Assembly: GCA_963790905.1 (NCBI GenBank)
Contig: CAWBQH010000004.1
Span: 332,977-364,976, forward strand
Length of the DNA stretch: 32,000 bases
Direction: 5' to 3'
Source: an uncultured Solirubrobacteraceae bacterium
GTDB taxonomy: Bacteria > Actinomycetota > Thermoleophilia > Solirubrobacterales > Solirubrobacteraceae
In this document: piece by piece, positions 18,383-27,049 of the stretch
Position numbering within the stretch: position 1 is the first letter of the stretch
Layout: each line of letters starts with the position of its first letter
Notes under the pieces: generated by a model
Databases searched by the model: none
Told to the model about the DNA's origin: nothing
The model's input: only the letters and a program-made list of their open reading frames with translations
Made by a program: the position numbers and the translations under genes

Positions 18383-19732
18383 CTAACGGCCTCCCTGGCC
18401 GGGTCGGCGCTCGCGCAGCTCGTGCACCTGCGCGAGCTCCTCCGAGGGGCGCTCCTCGTTCGGCGCGTCCTCTCGGAGCCCGAACAGCTCGCGCACCAGC
18501 TCGATGCTCGCATGGCCGCGGTCGCCCCCGAGGCTGCGCAGGCGGATGGTCGGCTCGTGCAGCAGGCGGCTCATCACCGCCCTGGCGATCGCCTCGACTC
18601 TGGCGAGGTCCCCAGATGAGGCCGACTCCCAGCGCCCGGCGTTCTCGGCGAGCACCTGATCCACCAGGTCGTTGCCATGTGCACGCAGCGCGCTGACGGT
18701 CGGTATCGCGTCCAACTGCCCGAGCCAGCGCGCAAAGCGGTGAATCTCCTCCTCGACGATCTCGAGCGCGCGCGGCGACTCCTGCGCGCGCGAGTCGAGG
18801 TTGCGTGCCACCACCGCCTGAAGGTCGTCGATGTCATATAGCGAGACGCCCTCGAGCTCGCCGCACGCCGGGTCGATATCGCGCGGCACCGCGATGTCGA
18901 TCATCAGCAGCGGCCGCCCCTCGCGCTCGCCCATGACGAGCTCGAGCTCCTCCCTGCCGACGATCGGATGCGGGGATGAGGTCGAGGAGAGGACGATGTC
19001 CGCGCGCACGAGCTGGTCTGGCAGTTTGTCCAGGCCCATCACCGTCCCGCCGAAGCGCTGGGCGAGGCTTAGCGCGCGGTCGGCATGGCGGTTGGCGACG
19101 AAGATCGTCCCGGCACCCTGATCCGCGAGCGCGCGAGCGGTCAGCTCGCTCGTCTCGCCGGCGCCGAGGATCACGACATGGCGGCTCTCCAGGCCGCCGA
19201 GCACGCTCAGCGCGAGGTCGACGGCAACCGACGGGATGCTCACTCGGCTCGAGCCGATCCCCGTCTCCGAGCGCACGCGCTTGCCCGTCGTGAGCGCAGC
19301 CGCGAACAGCCGGTTCGAGAGCGGACCGGTGCATCCCTCCTGCATCGCCGTCTCATGCGCCCGGCGCACCTGGCCCTGGATCTCGGCCTCGCCGATGATC
19401 ATCGACTCCAGGCCCGCGGTCACGCGGTAGAGCTGCCGCGCGGCGTCGCAGTTGCGCGGCGAGTACATCGCCTCGGCGAGCTCGGTCGGGCGGATCGCCG
19501 CGCGCCGTGCGAGCAGCCCGAGCACGTCGGACTCGGCCCGCACCGGGTCGCCCACGACCAGGTAGACCTCGGTGCGGTTGCACGTCGAGATGACGATCGC
19601 CTCGCGGACCTCGGCGGTCGCCTTCGCCTGCCTCGCGAACTCGCCGGCCTCGCGTTCGGTGAACGCCAGGCGCTCGCGCAGCGCCACCGGCGCAGTCTTG
19701 TGCGAGATCCCCAGCGCGAGCAGCTCGCTCAT
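18383..19732 (-). CDS. hemA: Glutamyl-tRNA reductase
   Basis: LLALGISHKTAPVALRERLAF...IVISTCNRTEVYLV...ESMIIGEAEIQGQVRRAHE...VVILGAGETSELTARALADQG. Confidence 0.97.
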   Translation of the reverse strand: MSELLALGISHKTAPVALRERLAFTEREAGEFARQAKATAEVREAIVISTCNRTEVYLVVGDPVRAESDVLGLLARRAAIRPTELAEAMYSPRNCDAARQLYRVTAGLESMIIGEAEIQGQVRRAHETAMQEGCTGPLSNRLFAAALTTGKRVRSETGIGSSRVSIPSVAVDLALSVLGGLESRHVVILGAGETSELTARALADQGAGTIFVANRHADRALSLAQRFGGTVMGLDKLPDQLVRADIVLSSTSSPHPIVGREELELVMGEREGRPLLMIDIAVPRDIDPACGELEGVSLYDIDDLQAVVARNLDSRAQESPRALEIVEEEIHRFARWLGQLDAIPTVSALRAHGNDLVDQVLAENAGRWESASSGDLARVEAIARAVMSRLLHEPTIRLRSLGGDRGHASIELVRELFGLREDAPNEERPSEELAQVHELRERRPGQGGR

Positions 19733-19971
19733 GACGGCGTCGACTCCCGCTCGCCAGCATCGCGCTCGGGCGCCGGCGCTGGCTGGCCAGCCGGGCTTTC
19801 GACGCGTTCGAGCAGCTCAGCCAGCTCGCGCTCGTTGCGGCTCAGGCGGAATCCCATGATCGCGAGATAAGTGAGCACGAGCACGAACAGCACGATGTAT
19901 GCGCCGGCTACGTACTTGCCTGCCGTGTGCAGCGGCAGGGCCGGCAGCTCGGCGAGCACGGCGGCGCTCAT
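19729..19971 (-). CDS. CcmD-like small membrane protein (80 aa)
   Basis: MSAAVLAELPALPLHTAGKYVAGAYIVLFVLVLTYLAIMGFRLSRNERELAELLERVES: one TM helix plus basic/acidic tail, directly after ccmC and before hemA, with overlaps at both ends. The track start at 20592 overruns ccmC. Confidence 0.75.
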   Translation of the reverse strand: MSAAVLAELPALPLHTAGKYVAGAYIVLFVLVLTYLAIMGFRLSRNERELAELLERVESPAGQPAPAPERDAGERESTPS

Positions 19972-20747
19972 CAGAGCACCGTCCTCGGGGCCGCATGGGC
20001 CCCGATCGTGGCACCGGCTCCGACCGTCGGCGCGGCGCTGCGCGGGCTGCGCTCGCGCGTGTCCGGCTCCTCGGCGAGCAGCCGCCGGCGCAGCGCGCGC
20101 ACCTGCGCGCGCGTGTGCTTGGCCGTCAGCTCGTACTTGCACAGGGTTGCGTAGAGCAGCGCGATCGCGAGCAGCGAGACGAGGAACGTGACCGCCATCG
20201 GCGCCGGCAGGTTCGAGGTGCTGCCCAGCACGCGCGGGTGCAGGTAGGCGGTCGAGAGACGCACCGCGATGAAGTTCAGCGGCACGAACGCCCCTGCGGT
20301 GATCGCGAACACCGATGCGTAGCGCGCCTGGCGCTCGGGGTCTTCGATCGCGAAGCGCAGCGGCTGGTAGGTCGCGTAGAGCAGGAAGATGATCAGAAAC
20401 GACACGAGCGTCGGCTCGCTCCACACCCACCAGTGCCCCCACGAGCCCTTCGCCCAGATCGAGCCGGTGATCAGCGTGCCCACGGCGAAGATCAGGCTGA
20501 TGTGGATGGCGACGTAGGAGCGCATGTCCCAGCGCGGGTCGCGCGTGCGCAGGTGCTGGATCGCCAAGAGGCCGCCGATCACGAAGCCGCACAGAGCGAC
20601 GATCGCCAGCGGCACGTGCACGTAGAAGATCTTCTGCAGGAAGCCCTGTTCGGCTTCGAGCGGCGCGTAGAAGAAGACCAGCGAGAGCGACAGCGCCGTC
20701 GCGGCGATGGTGGCGATGCTCAGCGCGCGGAGACCCTTTCCGTACAT
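19971..20747 (-). CDS. ccmC: Cytochrome c biogenesis / heme export protein CcmC (CcsA family)
   Basis: QKIFYVHVPLAIVALCGFVIGG...LITGSIWAKGSWGHWWVWSEPTLVSFLIIFLLYATYQPLR (WAKGxWGxWWxW signature). Confidence 0.93.
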   Translation of the reverse strand: MYGKGLRALSIATIAATALSLSLVFFYAPLEAEQGFLQKIFYVHVPLAIVALCGFVIGGLLAIQHLRTRDPRWDMRSYVAIHISLIFAVGTLITGSIWAKGSWGHWWVWSEPTLVSFLIIFLLYATYQPLRFAIEDPERQARYASVFAITAGAFVPLNFIAVRLSTAYLHPRVLGSTSNLPAPMAVTFLVSLLAIALLYATLCKYELTAKHTRAQVRALRRRLLAEEPDTRERSPRSAAPTVGAGATIGAHAAPRTVL

Positions 20748-20755
20748 CGGTTTGG

Positions 20756-21430
20756 CTAGTCCTCCAACAGGAAATCGAACAGGGCGTAGGCGATCAGCCC
20801 GAACACAAGATCATAGAGCCCCAGACTGAGCAGCCAGCGGGCAGCCGGCGCTCCGGGGTGGGTGATCGTGAGCAGCGGCGAGGTCGCCCGTGCCGCGCCG
20901 ATCACGATCGGCACGAGCAGCGGCAGTCCGAGCAGCGGGCCGAGCAGGTCGCGGGCGCGAGTGCGAACGGCGAGGGCGGCCACGAGCGTGCCGATCGCCG
21001 CCACGCCGAGGTCCGCGAGCGCAAGCACTCCAACCAGGTCAGGCAGCGCCTGGCCGAGCGGCGGCGCCAGCAGAAGCAGGGCGAAAGCCGGCACCGCGAC
21101 GAGCTCGAGCACGAAGAGGTATGCCAGCAGCGTGAGGACCTTCGCGAAGAGCATCGCGCTGCGATCGACCGGCGCGAGCAGGAAAGCGTCGAAGCCGCCC
21201 TCCTCGGCATCCGCCACGAACAGGCGGTTCACGCCGAGGATCGCTGCGAACAGGAGAGTCACCCACAGGATGCCCGCCGCGAGGTCGCCGTCGACGCTGT
21301 TGCGGTTGAGCGCGAAGTGGAAGACGACGAACGTCGTGACGGCGAACAGCGACATGGCGGGGACGGACTCGAGCGTTCGCAGCTCGACCAGCAGCTCCTT
21401 GCGCAGCAGCGCCGCGACCGTCCTCCTCAC
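20756..21430 (-). CDS. ccmB: Heme exporter / cytochrome c maturation permease CcmB
   Basis: LLRKELLVELRTLESVPAMSLFAVTTFVVFHFALN...EEGGFDAFLLAPVDRSAMLFAKVL...PLLVPIVIGAARA. GTG start overlaps into ccmA reading order. Confidence 0.9.
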   Translation of the reverse strand: MRRTVAALLRKELLVELRTLESVPAMSLFAVTTFVVFHFALNRNSVDGDLAAGILWVTLLFAAILGVNRLFVADAEEGGFDAFLLAPVDRSAMLFAKVLTLLAYLFVLELVAVPAFALLLLAPPLGQALPDLVGVLALADLGVAAIGTLVAALAVRTRARDLLGPLLGLPLLVPIVIGAARATSPLLTITHPGAPAARWLLSLGLYDLVFGLIAYALFDFLLED

Positions 21431-22104
21431 CGGTAGAGCTCCGCGATCTCCGCGCGGTGCACATCCGCCGCGGCCCTCAGCAGGGCCACCCGGCCGGCGC
21501 GCAGGCCGAGCACCAAGTCGGCCTCGGCGAGGCCGCCGGTCGGGTCGTGGCTGCAGATCACGCGCGTGCGGCGCGACGCCGCGCCGATCAGCGGGGAGAC
21601 GAGCTCGACGGCGGCCGGGTCGAGGTTGGAGTTGGGCTCGTCCAGGAGCAGGAGCTCGGGATCGTGCAGCACGGCGCGCGCGACGGCCACGCGCTGGACC
21701 ATGCCGCGCGAGAGCGTCCGCAGTGGCTCGCGCCCGCGGGCGGCCATCGCGACCGCGTCGAGCAGCTCGTCGACCCGCGCGCCCGCGACGCCGTGCAGTC
21801 GCGCGTGGAAGCGCAGGTTCTCCCGTGCGCTCAGCTCCCGGTAGAGCAGCGGCTCATGGCCGAGCAGGCCCAAGCGCCCACGCACCGCCCACGCCTCGTC
21901 CGGGAGCATGCAGCCGAGAACGCGCACGCTGCCGGCGTGCGGGCGCAGCAGAGTGGCGAGCACGCGCAGCAGCGTTGTCTTGCCCGCACCGTTCGGCCCG
22001 AAGACGACGAGCGTCTGGCCCTCCTTCAACGAGAACGAGACGTCGCTCAGCGCGGCGCGTTCACCGTATTGCCGAGCAAGCCGCTCGACCTGGAGCGCGG
22101 CCAC
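21427..22104 (-). CDS. ccmA: ABC transporter ATP-binding protein CcmA-like
   Basis: LVVFGPNGAGKTTLLRVLATLLRPHAGSVRVLG (Walker A), LSRGMVQRVAVARAVLHDPELLLLDEPNSNLD (signature and Walker B). Confidence 0.88.
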   Translation of the reverse strand: MAALQVERLARQYGERAALSDVSFSLKEGQTLVVFGPNGAGKTTLLRVLATLLRPHAGSVRVLGCMLPDEAWAVRGRLGLLGHEPLLYRELSARENLRFHARLHGVAGARVDELLDAVAMAARGREPLRTLSRGMVQRVAVARAVLHDPELLLLDEPNSNLDPAAVELVSPLIGAASRRTRVICSHDPTGGLAEADLVLGLRAGRVALLRAAADVHRAEIAELYR

Positions 22105-22106
22105 GC

Positions 22107-22778
22107 TCAGGCTCTCGACACCTGCAACGCGCGCGCGCTCTGCGCCCGCGCGATCAGCTCGCGCACGGCCGCTTCATCGCCGTCCCGTAGCAGCGCAACC
22201 GGGTCGGGCTCACCGCCGACGATCCCCTCGAAGAACTCCTTGCGATCCTGGTAGGTCGGGAGCGTGCCCTTCGCCCACCCGCGCACATCGTTCAGCAGCA
22301 CCGCCAGCCGCGCGTACGGCTCGCCGAACTGGCCTTCGATCTCGCGCTTCATGCGCTTGGCCAGCGCCGGTGAGGCCCCGGCGGTGGAGATCGCTATCGC
22401 GAGCGGACCGGTGCGCACGATCGCGGGCAGGATGAAGTTGCACAGCGGCGGCACGTCGACGACGTTCACGAGCATCGCGCGCCGCTCGGCGTCCTCGAAC
22501 ACGGCGATGTTCGCGTCCGTGTCGTCGGTCGCCGCGATCACGATGAACACCCCCTCCAGATCAGCCGCGCCGGCATAGGCGCGCTGCTCCCAGCGGATCG
22601 AGTCCTCGCGCGCATACTCCTCGAGCGCGGGCTCGGCCTCCGGGGCGATCAGCGTGACCTCGCCATCGCAGGCGAGCAGACCCTCGACCTTCTCCAGGCC
22701 GATCTCGCCGCCACCGACCACCGCGCACCGGCGCCCGCTGAGCTTCAGGCACGCGATGTAGAAGGGGATGTCGAGCAT
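22107..22778 (-). CDS. Precorrin-2 dehydrogenase / siroheme synthase N-terminal domain protein (CysG-N/Met8-like)
   Basis: [50 protein letters not shown]...[72 protein letters not shown]. The track start is 22859. Confidence 0.92.
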   Translation of the reverse strand: MLDIPFYIACLKLSGRRCAVVGGGEIGLEKVEGLLACDGEVTLIAPEAEPALEEYAREDSIRWEQRAYAGAADLEGVFIVIAATDDTDANIAVFEDAERRAMLVNVVDVPPLCNFILPAIVRTGPLAIAISTAGASPALAKRMKREIEGQFGEPYARLAVLLNDVRGWAKGTLPTYQDRKEFFEGIVGGEPDPVALLRDGDEAAVRELIARAQSARALQVSRA

Positions 22779-22901
22779 CCCCTGCACGCAGCTCTGATCA
22801 CAGATCCCCCTGCGCAGCTGACAGACACATTCCTTGCCGGCATAGGCCTGGGCGGGCATGGCTCAAGCGTAGCTGCAACCAGGCAGATCGCCTCGGCCGG
22901 A

Positions 22902-24524
22902 CTACCCCCTCGGGATCCCCCGGCCGAGTGCGCGCGCACCCACGCGTGCGAGCGCGAGAGCGCCGTCGCGCCAGGCGCGCTCGCGGTCGGACTCGCGGCT
23001 CGAGCGCATCTTCGCCACCGCCCGCGCCGCGCGCGAGCTCGTCCGGTCGTAGGGGCCCCACCACAGCCCGCGCGCTGCCGGCGGGTCCCAGGTGATGAGC
23101 TTTTCCTGCGCGCACGCCCTCAGGCCGGCCTGGCCGAGCGTCCGGCCGAGGCCGCCGCCGGCGGCAGCGCCCCACGGGCCGCGCGAGACGGTCGGGCCGG
23201 GGAGGTGATCGTTGAGCCACACCATGCCCGCGCGCAGCTCGCGCGCGATCCGCATCGCCTGGTAGCGATCGGCAGTCCACACAGAGGCGCCGAGGCCGTA
23301 GTCGCTGTCGTTGGCCAGCGCGATCGCCTCGTCGACCGAGCTCACCGGCACGACCACGAGCACCGGCCCATCGATCGGATCGCGCAGCACGCGCATCCGG
23401 TCCGTCACGCCCGTGAGCACCGCCGGGGCGTAGAACGCGCCGCTGCAGCCCGGTGGGGCGACCGGGCCGCCGCAGTGCAGACGCGCTCCGTGCTCGACAG
23501 CTTCCTCGACGAGCGCCTGAACATGCTCGACCCGGCGGGCGGAGGCGAGCGGGCCCACCTGCGTGCGCGGGTCGGCCGGATTGCCGACACGCAGCGCGCC
23601 CGCGGCGCCGACGAGCGCCGTCAGGAAGCGGTCGTAGACCTCGCGGGCGACGTACACCCGCTCGACGGCTCCGCGCGCCTGCCCGGCTGCCGCGCAGCCC
23701 GCCCAGAGCCCGCCGGCTACGGCTCGCGTCAGGTGCGCGTCGGCGAGGACGAGCATCGCGTCCTTGCCGCCGAGCTCGACGGTGACCTCCTTCTCGCGCG
23801 AAACGCAAGCGCGCGCCACCACGCGCCCAACGGCCGGCGAGCCCGTGAACAGGACCTTGTCCACCCCGGCCTGCGCGAGCGCGACACCGACCTCAGCGCC
23901 GCCGTTGACGATCTGCACGAGGCCCTCCGGCAGCCCGGCGCGCGCGATCACCCGCGCGATCGACCCGCCCGCCAGGCATGCCCGCGCGGCCGGCTTGAAC
24001 GTGACGCCGTTGCCCGCCAAGAGCGCTCCGGCGATCTGACCAAGCGGTTGCGCGAACGGTGCGCTGCCGGCGCCGATCACACCGACTACCCCATACGGCT
24101 CGTACGCGATCCGCGCCCGCTTGGCGATCGACAGCGAGCGGCTCGTCGCGACCCTCCGGGCGCCGAGCACGTTGGCCCCGTCGTCCGCGATCCAGACCAG
24201 CGCATCGATTGCCGCTAGCAGCTCGAGCGTCGCGATCTCTGCGCGCGGCCTGCCCTGCTCGCGAGCGAGCGACTCCTGGAGCTCGTCGAAGTCGTCGATC
24301 ACCGCCTGGGCCATCCGACGCATGTATCGCGCCCGGTCGGAGAGCTGCAGCAGCGCCCACAGCGGCTGCACCTTGGCCACGTCCTGGACCACGTCGTCGA
24401 CGTCCTCCGGCGGCGTGCTGGCGACGCTGCCGAGGATCTCGCCGCTCGCGGGGTCGCGCGCGAAGAGCGCCTCCGGCGTCGAGGTCTCCTCGTGCGTGGA
24501 GCTCTCGCTCAGGGGCGTGCTCAT
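22902..24524 (-). CDS. Aldehyde dehydrogenase-superfamily protein, probably catalytically altered (no catalytic Cys)
   Basis: YGVVGVIGAGSAPFAQPLGQIAGALLAGNGVTFKP, VLFTGSPAVGRVV, VTVELGGKDAMLVLADAHL, AAAGQARGAVERVYV: the family framework is clear, but the Cys and Asn positions are substituted. Confidence 0.9.
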   Translation of the reverse strand: MSTPLSESSTHEETSTPEALFARDPASGEILGSVASTPPEDVDDVVQDVAKVQPLWALLQLSDRARYMRRMAQAVIDDFDELQESLAREQGRPRAEIATLELLAAIDALVWIADDGANVLGARRVATSRSLSIAKRARIAYEPYGVVGVIGAGSAPFAQPLGQIAGALLAGNGVTFKPAARACLAGGSIARVIARAGLPEGLVQIVNGGAEVGVALAQAGVDKVLFTGSPAVGRVVARACVSREKEVTVELGGKDAMLVLADAHLTRAVAGGLWAGCAAAGQARGAVERVYVAREVYDRFLTALVGAAGALRVGNPADPRTQVGPLASARRVEHVQALVEEAVEHGARLHCGGPVAPPGCSGAFYAPAVLTGVTDRMRVLRDPIDGPVLVVVPVSSVDEAIALANDSDYGLGASVWTADRYQAMRIARELRAGMVWLNDHLPGPTVSRGPWGAAAGGGLGRTLGQAGLRACAQEKLITWDPPAARGLWWGPYDRTSSRAARAVAKMRSSRESDRERAWRDGALALARVGARALGRGIPRG

Positions 24525-24533
24525 CGGCAGCGA

Positions 24534-25880
24534 TTATCGCGCTTGGCGCCGACGGGCCCGCCGGACCGCCTCCAGTCGCCTCGCGAGCTCGCCCTCGGCC
24601 TCGTCGGGCTCGTAGAAGCGCGCCCCGACGACGCTCTCCGGAAGCAGCTCCTGGGGGGACAGGTGGCCGGGACGTGCGTGCGGGTTCTCGTAATCGCCGC
24701 GCTCCTGGCCCGCCGAGCGCAACCCGGCGAGAGGTCCCGAGCGAAGCCACGTCGGCACCGGCGCCGCGCCGTGCTCGCGCACGTGGCGCTCGGCCGCGGA
24801 GAGCGCGCGCCCCGCGGCGTTCGACTTCGGTGCCAGCGACAGGTAGATCGCCGCCTGAGCGAGCGCGAAGCGCGCCTCCGGGAGCCCGACGTGCTCGACT
24901 GCCGCAGCCGCCGCCGTCGCGACCGACAGGGCCCCGGGGTCGGCGTTGCCGATGTCCTCCGAGGCGAGGATCACCATCCGGCGCACGATGAAACGCGGGT
25001 CCTCGCCGCCCTCGAGCATCACCGCGAGGTAGTAGAGGGATGCATCCGGATCCGACCCCCTCGTGGCCTTGATCCACGCCGAGATGTAGTCGTAGTGGCG
25101 ATCGCCCTGCTTGTCGTAGAGGACCGCGCGGCGCTGCAGCGCATCCTCCACCCGCGCCAGCGTCACGCGCTGCTCGCGCAGCTCGGCGGCGGTCTCGAGC
25201 GCCAGCTCGAGCGCGTTCAGCGCCGTGCGCGCGTCGCCTTCGCTGCGCGCGGCCAGGAACTCGATCGCGTCATCGTCGACCGACGGCTCGGCCGCGCGGT
25301 GAAGGACGGTTGCGAGCTCCTCGGCCGTGAGCGCCTTCAGGGCATAGACGCGAACGCGTGAGAGCAGCGCGCCGATGACCTCGAAGGCGGGATTCTCGGT
25401 CGTCGCGCCGATCAGTGTGACGAGGCCCTCCTCGACGGCCGGCAGCAGCGCGTCCTGCTGGGCCTTGTTGAAGCGGTGGATCTCATCGAGGAACAGCACA
25501 GTCCGGGGGCCACCGGTCGCACGCCGGTGGGCGGCGCGCTCGATCACGTCGCGCACCTCTGCGCGACCCGCCTGCACCGCGCTGAGCTCCTCGAACGCGG
25601 CCTGCGAACGCTCGGCGATGATCCGCGCGAGCGTCGTCTTGCCGGACCCGGGCGGGCCGTAGAGGATCATCGAATGCGGACGCCCCTGCTCGATCGCGGT
25701 GCGCAGCGCCGAGCCGGCGGCCAGGAGGTGCGTCTGACCGACGAACTCCTCGAGGCTTAGCGGGCGCAGGCGCGTTGCCAGGGGCCGGTTCGCGGCTTCC
25801 TGGCGCGGCTCCGCGGCGTCGCTCGCGCCGCGCGGAGCCGGCTGCTCAGCGTTGCGATCGGCGTCAAAGAGGGTATCCAT
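24534..25880 (-). CDS. rarA: Replication-associated recombination protein A (RarA/MgsA, AAA+ ATPase)
   Basis: [23 protein letters not shown]...[19 protein letters not shown]...[52 protein letters not shown]...[12 protein letters not shown] at 25878-25880; the track start at 27050 runs antisense through oppC. Confidence 0.95.
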   Translation of the reverse strand: MDTLFDADRNAEQPAPRGASDAAEPRQEAANRPLATRLRPLSLEEFVGQTHLLAAGSALRTAIEQGRPHSMILYGPPGSGKTTLARIIAERSQAAFEELSAVQAGRAEVRDVIERAAHRRATGGPRTVLFLDEIHRFNKAQQDALLPAVEEGLVTLIGATTENPAFEVIGALLSRVRVYALKALTAEELATVLHRAAEPSVDDDAIEFLAARSEGDARTALNALELALETAAELREQRVTLARVEDALQRRAVLYDKQGDRHYDYISAWIKATRGSDPDASLYYLAVMLEGGEDPRFIVRRMVILASEDIGNADPGALSVATAAAAAVEHVGLPEARFALAQAAIYLSLAPKSNAAGRALSAAERHVREHGAAPVPTWLRSGPLAGLRSAGQERGDYENPHARPGHLSPQELLPESVVGARFYEPDEAEGELARRLEAVRRARRRQAR

Positions 25881-26039
25881 GTGATTGAGTATCGCTTGAT
25901 ACGAGGTCATTGCTTGCGCCAGCACGAATACCGCTCGGCCTTTCGTCGGGAGGTTGCGACCGCCAGGACGTCGAACTTGTACATTCGGTGCATAAAGGTT
26001 GTCTCGTAATGCCAATCCCTCGAAGACTGAGCGGGAACC

Positions 26040-27017
26040 GTGAGCGTCGGCGCTCCTGAGGTACTGCCGGCGCCAGGGCAGCCGCTCGAGTTCCTCGAGG
26101 CCGAGGGCGACATTGCCGCCCGCTCGCCGCTTCAGCTCTTCTGGAGGCGCTTCGGTCAGGATCGCGTCGCGGTCGTATCGCTCGGCTTCATCGTCTTCTT
26201 GATCGTGATCGCGATCGCGGCTCCGCTGGTGGTCAGCATCCTCGGCCTGCCCGGGCCCAACGTCGAGAATCTGAACCTGACCGACCAGTTCGGCTCCCCC
26301 CTCGGCCCGAGTCTCGCCCACCCGTTCGGGGTGGACCAGCTGGGGGAGGACGTGATGTCGCGGGTGATCTATGGCGCACGCGTGTCGCTCGAGGTGGGCA
26401 TCATCGGCACCGGCATCGCCACCGCCATCGGCGTCACCGTCGGCATGATCGCGGGCTTCTACCGCGGCTGGGTCGACACGCTCCTCTCGCGGCTGGTCGA
26501 CGTGGTGCTCTCGATACCCGTGCTCCTGCTCGGCCTCGGGATCGGCGCCGCGTGCTCGGTGAGAGGGTGCATCGGCGGCATCCTCCAGCCGGGGCTCGGG
26601 GTGATCATCTTCCTGATCGCGCTCGCGACGTGGCCGTACATGGCGCGGATCGTGCGCGGCCTGGTGCTCTCGCTGCGTGAGCGCGAGTTCGTCGAGGCGT
26701 CGCGCGCGCTCGGCGCGTCCGACGCGCGCATCATGTTCCGCGAGATCCTGCCCAACCTCGCGGCGCCGATCCTCGTCTATGCAAGCCTTCAGATTCCGCT
26801 CAACATCCTCTACGAGGCGGCGCTGTCCTTTCTCGGCGTCGGCATTCGCCCGCCCACTGCGAGCTGGGGGCAGATGATCTCGAGTGCCACCCCGATCTTC
26901 GCCACCGCCTGGTGGTACATGGTCTTTCCCGGCGCCGCGCTCCTGCTCACGGTGCTGGCATTCAACCTGCTGGGCGACGGACTGCGAGATGCCCTGAACC
27001 CGAGGACCGCCCGATGA
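26040..27017 (+). CDS. Oligopeptide/dipeptide ABC transporter permease, DppC/OppC-like
   Basis: PFGVDQLGEDVMSRVIYGARVSLEVG...GFYRGWVDTLLSRLVDVVLSIPVLLLGLG...ARIVRGLVLSLREREFVEASRALGASDARIMFREILPN (EAA motif). GTG start. Confidence 0.93.
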   Translation: MSVGAPEVLPAPGQPLEFLEAEGDIAARSPLQLFWRRFGQDRVAVVSLGFIVFLIVIAIAAPLVVSILGLPGPNVENLNLTDQFGSPLGPSLAHPFGVDQLGEDVMSRVIYGARVSLEVGIIGTGIATAIGVTVGMIAGFYRGWVDTLLSRLVDVVLSIPVLLLGLGIGAACSVRGCIGGILQPGLGVIIFLIALATWPYMARIVRGLVLSLREREFVEASRALGASDARIMFREILPNLAAPILVYASLQIPLNILYEAALSFLGVGIRPPTASWGQMISSATPIFATAWWYMVFPGAALLLTVLAFNLLGDGLRDALNPRTAR

Positions 27018-27049
27018 GGGCTTTCGATACACAACACAGGAGGCGTTCA

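Noticed and set aside
23893-25077. 394-aa minus-strand ORF spanning the ALDH/rarA boundary and similar plus-strand ORFs (24059-24991, 24492-25361)
   Set aside because: Shadow frames of the ALDH and rarA genes, with low-complexity Gly/Ala/Arg composition.
25889-25902. GTATC-gctt-GATAC small inverted repeat upstream of rarA
   Set aside because: Only a 5-bp stem; too weak to call an operator, although it lies in the divergent rarA/opp promoter region.
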